Source: Phallusia mammillata (Eukaryota). From it: 64,000 nt of DNA. The notes beneath the pieces are model-generated. The model was not told the DNA's origin. It saw nothing but the letters and a program-made list of their open reading frames with translations, and made no database searches. The stretch spans positions 12,772,001 to 12,836,000 of the forward strand of contig OZ281495.1 in NCBI GenBank assembly GCA_965637545.1, in the 5' to 3' direction. The position numbers and the translations under genes are program-made. Shown here piece by piece: positions 1-12,400 of the stretch. The first letter of the stretch is position 1, and each line of letters starts with the position of its first letter.

Positions 1-3000
1 TGTCCCATCAGGTAATACAAGCTGAGTACAAAAAAGTTTTTTTTCAAAATCTGTACATAACCAAGGTGACAAAAAGAAAAAAATCATGTGTTTCTTACCT
101 CGTTAGTAGCGTTCGTAATGCAAACCTCCTGTGGCTCTACAGAAAAAAAAAAAACCCGTAATGTTTAAAGTGTTCAAAAAGGCTTAACAAATTTTCCTTC
201 AAAGTTGAACAAGGCAGAACTTGATATTGTATTGATACACTGTGTCGTTATTTTTGTGTTTTTACTAAGCGTCATAAACTCTTAATTTAACAAATTTAAC
301 AACCTTTGAATTCAAACCCTAACTAGTTGCGTTCTGCACAAACAGCACGCAGGAATACATAAATGTTACTTGCTAACTTAAGTTTATGACATTTTTCATG
401 CTTTAGGTATACTGCTATGAGCGTTGCCGTTTTGATCCTTGCTGAATCGATCAAGAGTTTATCCTTCAACGTTTGTATGAAAACTTTTCACACTAAGCTT
501 TATGTAAGTGAGACCAAATGTTTGCACGTCTACAAACTACTACGTTCTAAATTGTAACAGATCCCAAATACCGAACACGGATTTTCAGCTAAGAACCTAC
601 CGCAGTTGCATGCCAAGCAGCAGTCCACGTTTCCACACTTAAGGTTGTAACCAAATTCACAAGTTCTGTTGACAGTCGGACAATCTATGTGAACTTGCTC
701 GATCACGTGGTTTCCATTTGAATCAAGTTTGCAAGTAAGAATGTAACACGGTTCGCCCGGCTGCTGCCATGACTCATTGATCTGAAATTACTAAGCGGTT
801 ATCCTATGCAATATACGTATTTATTTTATGTGTACTTATTCAGTGCGGTTGAGTAAAAACTTTTGTTACTTATATCTGTGTTTCACAAAAATATAGAGCC
901 GCGAAAATTTAACAACGTTGTGAGTACGTGCAGTTTTGGATTCGTTTTATAAGTAACAACTAGATTAAATCCATGTGTTTTTGCATAACATACAGGTACA
1001 CTTTTCGCCAAGTTTAAACGTATGATATTTGCCTAAAACTCGGAATCTAATAAAAACGTTCATAATTAAGGGCCAAGCATAAAACGGATTTAAAAATTTT
1101 CATACGTGATGATAGGTTGAAAAGGTTTCGTTTCCCACAATGCACTGCTCCTGTTTGCAAGCTGGACAACATACGTCGATTACTGGTTCTTCGCGGTAAC
1201 CCTATAATGTACAAAGGGTGTAACTTGAGAGCGGGACTGATCCAGTACCAATATACGTTTGAACCACGCCGTTTCCTTCCATATTCAGTATTTTTAACAA
1301 ATGAATAAAAATATATCACCAATTAGAAAAATATACAAAATTATTCTCTAGTTTTGTGCATGAATCGAAAATGTTAGTTTAAATTAAAGAATACAAAAAA
1401 TATTTCACCTTCCAATGTTAAGTATTTTTTAAAGACACTCAGAAACGATTGTAATGTAAGACCTAACCAAACAAATCTCTTGATTCTTCTGTACTAATAG
1501 TCGACTAATGAGGGTCAAAAAAATTAAACTCAACTTACTGTAGGACATGGGGAGCATCTGTTTGAAGTGTCGTTGCATGTTGGTTGGCGGTAACCAGTTG
1601 CTGGATCAAGCACCACTGTGCAAGTACACTCCGTACAAGGCTTGCCTGGAAGCGTCCATACGTCACCTATTGGCTTCACAGTTTGACCCTGAGCTTCAAG
1701 AATCATACAAACAGGTCCAGGCACTGGAATACAAGATAAAATTATGTAAGACGAAATGTCGTATCAGCAATAACTTAAGCTTAAAAAGCAATAGAGTCAG
1801 TTTAGTTTGCATTCGCTTTTTATGTTAGCTTAAAAACAAGGCAGTGGTGGACCGCTTGAAACTTGAAATTTACAAAACACTTACCGCATTTTTCTATAGT
1901 GCAGTTGCACATATCGGTCGTTGTTTCCTTTACTTCGCCCTAAAAACGTAAGTAAAACAATTTTGGACTTACATTTAGATCATTTCAGAAAATTTGTCTC
2001 CGACTACAAAAAACAGCCTAAACAACAAACATCATAAAATATACAAAACTTCAAAATTTCGTATTTATGCTAAATCACAAATTTTAAACATCTCGCGAAT
2101 ACTATTTCGCAGTAAGTCAGCTTTATATGATAAGAATGGGCCACGTTTAACTAGTACCGGAGGATGCAGCACCTAATATCGCAATATTTTCGCAGTATTT
2201 AGTCTATTTTTCGGTGCTCGGTTGATCATTATCAGTAAGTGGCTGGAACGAAGAGTTTTAACATTGGAAGTTCTTTTTGAATTTAACGCAAGTAATGTAA
2301 CTATGATTTACAGTACTAAATGTATTATATCGTTGGTATCAACAGAAATGTGCAATTAACCGAATTTTCAGTCAGCTAATCTAAGGCTACTGTTTCGAAT
2401 AGAGTATGTATTAAAACGGCGTTTTAGATTACCAAAAAGCGTTTGTGTAAATATCAGTTCCTGGTATTTACCCTAAAATAGTAAAATCGACTTTAAATCG
2501 GTATAACGCTTGCATGGCACATTTATTACATCCGTTTATGCTTAATATCAAACACAACACGATTCGAAATGTGACTTACCACTAGGCAGTGCTGCGTAAG
2601 GTTGGCGCAGGTCGGACATACGCATTCAAATTCGTCACAACAAACCGTCGTCACAACCTTTGACACCTGCGGGAGGTTGCAATGTGGAGGGGTGGGTCGG
2701 CACTCAGCGGGTACGCACTCACATGTGTAGTAAGGCTGGCAGCCGGTGAAAGTGTTGTTACGCAGTTCAACTTTGCCAAACGGACAAGTGGTGTTGGGAC
2801 GGATCGCTGGGCAGTTCGTATGATCGCATTCTGACAATTTCAATTGTGTATAGTGTAAAGTTTTTGCATCTTTTCGTCACTAACTTAAATTGACTTTTTG
2901 TATACTTTCTCCCTGCATTTTTTATTTGGGGATATTACACATACTGCAGCCTAAAAAGCGCCCGGCAAATATTTTAATGAATCAAAGTTGGGTACGATTA

Positions 3001-3473
3001 GGCATTTACGATAAACTTTTTGTTTTATTGTGTATTAGAGGTAAAATAAAATCCTTTCCAACCAGATAATTTGAAATTGATATCGTTGCAAAAGCTTGTT
3101 TTAAGCACTCTAATTACAGAAAAGACAAATTAGCAATATTTACATTCAGGCACCATTTTTCAGAAAATTAAAATTGTAGCATAAAAATTTAACTGGTTTT
3201 CGTATCCAACAAATAGTGATCATGTGCAAATAGTTTGCAAATCGTTGCATTTGCAAATGCAAATTCGTTTAAGTACATTGACAACATACCGCATGTATAT
3301 TCTGGACAGCATGCATCGGAGCCATGGACAATCTGCAGTTTCTCGCATGAGCCACATATTGGAGCATCGGGTACATGAGAGCATGATCTATTGACACAGC
3401 TTACGTGAAGAGTGTCCGGCTGACAAGTGCAAACCTGGCACCGATTAGACGTCGGCACCCAACCTTCTGAAAT
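1..3473 (-). CDS. C-terminal VWC-like cysteine-rich modules (8 exons, truncated by the window)
   Basis: [13 protein letters not shown]...CCPEYTC; CCDEFECVC; [13 protein letters not shown]...CCPAC; [13 protein letters not shown]...CCLACNC. No cystine knot or stop codon inside the window. The last 21-nt piece (LVLPDGT) is tentative. Confidence 0.85.
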
Positions 3474-6400
3474 CTAAAAAAGTAGTTTTTGTTTTTTGGT
3501 CAGTGAGTTCCAGCAACAACAACTGACTAAGTAGTATTTCTGTCTAGGTTTTACATAGGGATGTGCAAACAGCGGCCTAATGAATAAAGGTTGTGCGGCC
3601 TTTGGAGATGCCTTAATTATTGTTTTGAGTGTGACCAGCCTAAACTATTTAATGCAGCTCTTTCAAGCTTGTCCAATTCTTTTTTTTAGCAGAATCCAGT
3701 CCTTTTTTCTGCAACCTACTGTGAATTTTACTGAACAATACAAGACTGTGGCACGCAACAAAGTATAGTAAACTTTTGTTACGTAAGGTAAAGTAAAAAA
3801 AAAGCAAGGCACAGCTAAATTGCAAGCAAAGATGCAGATACAGCTAAATTGCATGTGTATTTAACCAATATCAGTGTTCAGGGTTGCACAGCATTCACTG
3901 GAAGCGATAAAACAAACAAAATCCTGTAATATCTATTATCACTTACGTTGCGGTAAACATCCTGCTCCACGTCGTAACATTTATAGCAGATTTCGACGTT
4001 CCTGCACATGCCGTCGATCATCACCTGATCAGTGGGACAATCAAGGAAGCAACCCTCTGCTTCCTCTGCACTCTGAAGCGCTGTACCTTCCATACCGAGA
4101 TGTTCACAGTCTTTTTCGTACGGCCGCTTTCGACAAGGGTCGTACGTGAAACCAGGTGGGCAATTTAGAGCTAAGAAGTAATAACTAGATTAATTAACGA
4201 ATCAAGCTGTTAGTCCCAATTAACAACGAATAATAACCAAACTAACATCGGTTTATCACATTACCACGTTAGATCTAATATTTAAATCAATATTGACGAC
4301 CTAAGAATTTTTGGCACTTTTCTGCTTCGTGCCTTAGCTGATAAGTGTAAAAGAAATATAACACACTATTCTCTGTCTTAACTTTGAGTTTCTTAATTAT
4401 TGTTGGGTTACAAAACCGTAAATATCAAGCAAGCTTGAAAACTATGCATGATACATGGCAGTTAAATTGCGTTTTGTTGTAATGTAACAGGACCAGTATG
4501 CATAGACGACCGACCATATTTCCGTTAGCCGACCGATACCTAGATCTAACCACAATCATTGCCACCCACGTAAAGGGCGGATTTAGCATGCGTAGGGTCA
4601 CTGGGTTACCGTTGGATCTGTACCCCATCCCTATACAAATAAAATGACAAAAACACCCTTGCTTTAGTCCAGTTATTACCCTCCTTAATCCGCCACTGGT
4701 CCCATGAGACAGGTAAAGAAAAAAATTCTAGACTTTCATCTATCAAAGACCAACAAAATCTTACGGCAATTGACGATTTCCCTCCAATTAACACAAGCAC
4801 CAATGTGGCGACAAGCTTCAGCGAACGAAGCGATGGAGTCACAAGCCGAATAGTTCTTTGTACAAGTGTCCATTGTACAAGCCTGGAAATAGCGGTCTAA
4901 AAACAAGATCAGTGACATTGGTTAAAAAGGGGAGATCAAAAAGTCACTGAAATAACAAAACTTTATTCTTTTGTACAAAAGATGTTTTGCTAATCTACAT
5001 GTAAACAACGACAGAATTTGCTACTTATTAAACGCATAATAATTAGGAATAAGCTTACTTTTATTTTTAGCACGTACCAAATTTTCTATGGCCACTTACA
5101 CAATGAAATTTGTCTCATGTAATGTGCAACTACTTACTGAAATCCACAATTGCTCTGCAGTTTTCAAATCCTGGCCATAAAGTGATTATGTTGCATTGTG
5201 GGTCAGGTTCCTTTACACAAGCATTCTTCGCGAGTTGTTTCGTACAAGTGGCAGATGACTGCACAAAGAAACATACAACAACGTAAAAAAGTTTCAGTGG
5301 TTTTGATTCATACTGTTAACTTAAAGCAAATTACGAACCGGTACTGTCCAATTGTATCCAAACTCCATAGGATCCGAGATGACGTCACCCGTTCGCAACA
5401 TTAGGTCGTTTGTACGCAGTTTGTCACAATTTCCTGCAACAAAAACATAGACTAATATATGTAGCATGTGACCTACACCCCCAGACTGTGCTTGAAAAGG
5501 CAAAAAGACGGACTTTTCAAAACACAACAAACATGAAAGATTATGAGGAATTAGAGTTGTTTTAGGAACAGATCGGACCAACAACAACGCCTGGAAAACT
5601 TTAGTTCTCGCTCAAGAATGGTTTGAATTCTTCCATACTCTTTGGAGACACAAAACCTCATGTTAACTGTCGGATACTTATTCTGTTTACGAAATTAAAG
5701 TAGACAGTTTTTAATGCAATAAATTTGTATGTTTGCCCCCAAAATGCCACGTCATCCGCTTAACCGCTTGATGGAGGTATCATGAAAATTCAAGCACTTG
5801 TTCACCTGTTAAACTCTATATAACACTATGTTCTTCAGGGCATAGTTTAAAAATAAGTTCATCTTGTGCACTTATTCCTGGACGTTAAATTTTTACAACT
5901 TTTACTAAATGTTTAAAGCGAAACTCAAAAACGGTAATGATTTTTAGGAAAAGTAATTCACCAAAAAAAATCAAGACCTTTATTCTTTATTCAACAATGG
6001 AAAATGCTCTCAGCCCAATCGCATCAACCTTTCAGAAGCTGGGTAAGTGTAAATTAGCACTTCTGGCAATCGTGTGTACTGGTAATACGTTACCTGGATA
6101 ATGGCTGATGCGAAACAATCGCATGAAAAGTTCGGCAAAATAGGTTGTGCGATTAACCGGATTTATTATGTATTTTTTTGTTGTATCTTTATCTGTATTA
6201 TATATTATTCTAAAAAAAATTGCAAAAAAACTCGCTCCACGCATCGAAATACAGCTTCGCACTAAAACCGACCATCAAGTACAAGTCAGCTGCAGTATCA
6301 AACAAAAAAGCTATATATTACTTACCACACATGCCCTCCGTCCTACTATCCCAGGTGTGTGCAGACAACGCAATGGCGACTGAATGTTCAGCAGGTGTGA

Positions 6401-9400
6401 ATTTCACTTCCAGTTCAATAGTTGCCACAACTAAAGTAAATGTCCGATGTCCGACCACCTTTATACTCATATCGGATGATGCTATGCCTTCCCCATAAGG
6501 AAAGCGCAGTGGAATGCCGTTTCTGGTCGCCTAACAGAATGTAAAGAATATGTAAAAACAATAGGTAATATTTCTAAGGCCAAAAAAATAATTGGAGCAA
6601 TTATGTTTGTTTAAACAATGTATTCATAAGATTTTAAAAAAGGATAGTGTTATAGAGGTTTGATTTATGCTTACAAGTGGAAGAAGGTTTGATCAGTTGC
6701 TGCGGTTAAAAATTTTTCTCAAAAAAACGAATTCATGAGAAAATTACTTTAATTTTTTATCTTAATTTACGCAAACGTAGCAAATTTAGTTTTGTTTTTA
6801 TCTAATTGACCGAAGTGTTAACAATGTTTAAAGGAGCATAAAAATATTCACCCTAATCCTATTTTAAGCACTACGAAAAAACTACGAAAAATAAATTCCT
6901 ACAGACACTGTTAATTAAATCCAGATGCGAGATTCTAATATTTTATCAATAAGTTGTCTTACTATCAGCACGTCATATTGTTAGCAAGAAATATTGTTTT
7001 AATTCAATTATACCGTAAGGTCTTCGTATAGTTCATACACCCGATTTCCGAGCACCACTGTGATTTGCACAACACAAGACTTTGCTTCAGGATAGTCGGG
7101 GTTGCATGGACCTGTGGTTTGGATGACCTCGAAACTTGATTGGTTCCCAGTAAGTTTCGAGTTTCGCGCCAACACGTTTTTGCAACCCGGCATGCTTGGG
7201 TAGGCATAGTAGAGACCGTCGAATGTGTGGTAAGCCGGATCGGCCGCAATGTTACAGTAGCCTGGTTAACATATAGCAAGTTGTTGTGTAAGAACTAAGA
7301 ATAAATGGGGTATGATAAATAAGCTTATAGTTTTGTTATGGTACAGTTAACTGACCCGTAGGGGGAAACATAATTGTATGTCGGGTCGCGCGTTTCAGGT
7401 CGGGTTCAAGCTTAAGTTTGAGTAAAAGCTTTATTCAGGTTGGCTTCAGACTCGGAATCATTTGTTTTATAAATGATAAAAAATGGATTTTGGGGCGAGA
7501 TTTTGACTTGTACGTTCAAGTTTGGGTCCCAACTTTTGCCCGCTTGCAACTGTGGTCGAACAGTAGCGCGATTATTTTTTCAGCCAAATAGTTCTTTTTC
7601 TGTTTTGAATATTGTTGAATGTCACAAAAATATTTTGAAGGAACTCATTTTTGTGTGTAACGCCTAACAGAATTATAGCCTTCAAGGCAACGGCTTGTGT
7701 TTGGTGCTGGTTATAAACTGCTCAACGAACATTGATTTAGTCACAAGATAGCATGAAAACATGAAAAAATAATCAAATCAAAGACACATCAACTTTAATT
7801 TTAAATTTTTTACGTTCAAATTTAAATTTTAAAATTTTAAAATCCAATTCTACATTTTCAAATTATATCGTGTCAGATTTTTGATTTTTCTTCCAAAATA
7901 AAGTCCAAACCTAAAACTTACACTGACACTCCCATTGGCAGTTACAGTTGGAGTCGTAGTAAAGCATGGGAAGCATTCCGTTTTCACAGTTTGGCATCGT
8001 TCCATGATCACACCTCAGCTGTTTGTTGATAAGCACCAACTGTCCGTCGGACGTACAAATGTAATACTTGCACTTGTCGTTGGGGTCAGGGTACACCGTT
8101 TCATGGACAGCCAGAGCCTAGCGATAATTTAAAAAAATGATAATGTACAGCTTAGTGTTTTCAAACTTAAAACAAAAAAGTAATTCGCCGCAAAGGCTTT
8201 CACGACTTTGGGTATTAAATTGCCTTAGACCTGTTTCGGCTGTGGTTTCTAAGTCATGGTGTTTTTAAGCAACTCTCCATACAAAAAGCCACATTTTCTA
8301 TTAAACCAAGTAACCCGAATAAACTGAACGAATTAAAAAAAGAAAATATTATGGGCAATGCAAGGAATCTTTTTTAACTTGATTTACATCAAGTTAATGG
8401 TAGTGCATATATGTTATTAACCTGATAGTTTTCTTTCAAGGCGACAATGGAAAAGTTTTTTTTGTTTTTAAGGAAAATAATCAGGGTTGAAACGATCCCA
8501 TAATCTAAATGCGGTTGCCTTTCACGTCAAGTCTATCGAAAGTAACGATAAAAAACATTGCAACACAAACAACAATGAGACAAAGTTTTGTGAAGATTGT
8601 CAAAAGCATCTAATGGTTATTCAGGGATTTTTTTATCAAATAATGATGTAGTCGACAACGACACTTTTGGCTTTGACTTTTATATTGAAGCTCCGCACTG
8701 GCAGCACGTTTAAGCTTACTTTCAATACTGCACATAATACCTAAAGCACCAAACCATACTACAATACTTTCAATACTGCACATAATACCTTAAGTACCAA
8801 AATTACCAAACAGTACTACAATAGTTTCAATACTGAGATCAAACAATACTAAAACTCACCACACTAGTTTGAGATGTTTCGTTGAAATGTTCACAAAACA
8901 CTTGCGTCGTTCTCGCAGGAGCTGCAAAACAACATTTTTATTTGCTTAAAATAACAGTCAAATACGGTTTCTAAATTTAACGGTTTAAAATTGTTTTACT
9001 TACTTGTGGGGCCTGTGGTGATTTCAGGCGGTGTGTAGGTGGTTTCCCTCGTGACGTTGGGCTCTGGTGTAACAGTGGTCGTTATCTTTGCAGTTGCTGT
9101 GCATTAAAGAAGTATGTTAAAAACATTCAAAAAAGGAAGTTCAACTATTTTATGTTGGCTTGTTTGTTTTTTTCTTTTTCAAAAAAATCAACAACATGTG
9201 AAAAGAGGGTATGGTCCGGTTTTGCTTGCAATTTGTTGGTTGTGTAAAAGTTGTAAAAATACTTGTTTTTTCTAGAAGGAGACGAGCCAAACTATTCTCA
9301 ATGACACATGTTACTGTCAATTTTCGCTAAGACACATGCCGTTAAGCGTTTGTCCATTTCAAAAACTTTGTAACAAAATCTGAATCACGAAACTAACAGT

Positions 9401-12400
9401 AAAATGCCACTTCCTTTCGTAACTTTGAAAATGAGATATGTATAATGGCTAGCTAATAACAAACTCGTTTTGTTGTGATTTTTGTTTCGTCGGTCGATGC
9501 TTGTAAGCAAATGTCATAACACGTCAAAATTGGGTTGCTTTTCTGTTATCTTGGCGTCATTTTTCACCCTCACAAACTATACAACTATATTCCATGTCTT
9601 GTCTCATCTTGCCCCTACCTACGTGGATCAACGAATATTCCGTTTAATCGAATATTCCGTTCAATAGAAGATTCTGGATAACCGAATATTCCGGATTACC
9701 GAATATTCCGGATAAACGTATATTCCGGATAATCGAATATTCCGGTTAATCGAACATTCCGTTTATTCGAATATTCCGGATAAACAAATATTCCGTTCAA
9801 TCGAATATTCCGGATAAACGAATATTCCGGATAAACGAATATTTCGGATAATCGAATATTCCGGGTGATCGAACATTCCGTTTATTCGAATATTCCAAAT
9901 AATCGAATATTTCGTTTAATCGAATATTTTGTTTAATCGAATATTCCGGTTAATCAAATATTAAGTTTAATCGAATATTCCGGATAATCGCATATCCGTT
10001 TATTCGAATATTCCGGAGATTCGAATATTCCGGTTAATCAACTATTCCGAATAATCGAATATTCCGGTTAATGGAATATTCTGTTTAACTAAATATTCCG
10101 TTCAATCCTGTGGTTCTCAATCTGATACGGATCGCGTACCACCTGACAAGTTTTTTTCTATCGCTGCGTACCACCTGACAAGTTTTTTCTATCGCTGCGT
10201 ACCACCTGAAGTTTATGTCGAATCTACAGAAATATGTTGGCTTAAGCCACAATTGTCTGTTTATGGTTAGGAATTTTAAAACGGAAAATAGTGTACCTAA
10301 CTTGTTTTATGTGGGGTCTTTAAACGTTGGGAAAAATACGGTAAACTGGTTACCATTTAAACTTGTTGGTTGTTTCTAAATTGTAAAAAATACATCGTCA
10401 CAACGTACGCGGTTCCATGTGTATCACTTACTTAATACGGGAACAGCACAAATGGAATCATTCAGAATTCTCATAGCTAAGTCAATCGGATTTTCTGCTG
10501 TTGCTGCTTCATTTTGCAGTTTGATTCGGACATTATCAGGGGAAAGATAATCTAACATATTGTTCCGACTGTTTCTTGATCCCAGTGCCAAAAATCGGAA
10601 TCCCTCATCACTTAACGTGCTGACCATACCCTGGACCGCTCCAAAGGTGTTTAACCCGACAATCGATAATATAACCTGTAAACAAGGTGTTTTAGGTTTA
10701 TAGCAAACGCGAATAATTTGTTGAAAATTTTATTGTTGAAATGTTTAGTTATTTTAACTTGGCATATCTTTTGCCGGTAAACTACCGTGTATTATCAACT
10801 ACCGGTCGGACAGATTTAGAAATGTTCTAATATTTTAACATTTTTAACATAACAAAGCTCTTCATGGCTGTTTTTCAGTCACAAGACAGAATTTTGCAAA
10901 CTTTAATAAATGCCGAACAGTTTTAAACGCAGTGGTTTACTTTTAGTGGTTTAAGTTTACAACTTCAGCGCAAAAAAGGGCTTTCCAAACGTACTTAATC
11001 AAACGTTGTTACGTGAATAACAAAATGATGTGCACAACATAATATTTTGAAAGCCACAGAAAGGTTTAGCGCAAATCGGAGTAACGTGGATAGTCTGAGT
11101 TTTATTCGTATTCTTTAGTGTTTGGGTTCGAATCCCGGCTACACCTTTTGGTGTAACTCACTTTATCGACATTTTCTCCATTGCTGGTTATTGTTCTAGT
11201 TTTCCCAGCAAGTTGGTGGGTGACAATGTTAAGAGCAGTGGCAACATCACTTCTCTGATCGTTGCTGAACTTCCGTATGTCTGTGAGGGCTCGGACCAAT
11301 GTATTGATATCACTGGAGAAACCACCACTCAAAAGCTGAAACAAACGCAAAAAAAGAGTCGGTTTCTGCAAACTACATGATGGTTGAAAGAAATTGAATC
11401 AAAGTCCAAGTCGAAAATAAAAAATAAATAATGCATTTAGCAAACAAAATTTGAAAAGTTAATAAAAAGAACAAAAAAATGGTGCAACAAACTGTTAAAC
11501 ACATACTGGTATTTCAGTGCATGTTGAGCTTATTTCATAGTACAATGTATAAAGCTTTAACGAACTATTAGGCAACATTTTTTAGTAGGTCGTATAACGC
11601 TTTAACGAACTATTAGGCAAACAGTGTTTATTAAAAGCTACAGTAAAAATCCACAAAGGAAACTGGCAACAGTATGATGTATTGGTAACGGAATACAACA
11701 GCAAAAAAATACACTTTTACTATTTCCTGCAGTTGTCTAATAGATTACAAAACGTTGGTAACGTCACACAATAGGCGGGTATTCACTGTTTTTAACTTGA
11801 AGACGATAATCTAAGTAGAAGCTGTGAGTCGGTAAAGTTTTGGTACGCTGAGTGGGTAGCAATATTTTAAGCCGAGGTCATAATGATTTTTTGCACACCA
11901 ACAATTTGACGAGGGTATTGGATAAGTATACCTGAGCTCCTTCATTATTAAATGCAACGACGGCTATACGAGAATTGTCAGGTCCAAGAACTATTCTTTT
12001 CGTTATTGCCGAGAGCACGTTGTCGAAGTAGCGGCCATTAGCTGGTGTAGTTGCAGCGTCGACGACGATTGTCAGGTCCATAGGTTTCGGACATTTGTAG
12101 ATGGGTTCTGTTGGCCAAATAAGAAACTTTTGATCATGTATATTTCTGATATGAATAGTTCGTCACGGCTCCAATTACACAAAAATATGCTAATTAAACA
12201 CCAAAATAGCAACCCAGCTACATTTGACTCTGTGTTGTGAGAAAAAAACTGTCTAACAACTGGATAAGCACACTACTACAGCAAAAAAATAAACATCACA
12301 GGATTGAGGCTGTAAAACGACATAAAATCCGCCAAAATAAAGAATACATAGTTGACCCCTACTATTTTTATCAATAGTTCTGCATAATAAAAGTCGTTTA

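Noticed and set aside
1-3473. Integrin-binding RGD (as in VWF C4) and C-terminal cystine knot
   Set aside because: Not seen in the reconstructed exons; the C-terminus lies outside the window, so absence cannot be claimed.
9631-10106. CRISPR-like array (short palindromic repeats)
   Set aside because: The repeats are contiguous and degenerate with no unique spacers, there are no cas genes, and the context is a spliceosomal intron.
11554-11620. 22-bp direct repeat GCTTTAACGAACTATTAGGCAA x2
   Set aside because: Simple local intronic duplication with no supporting structure.
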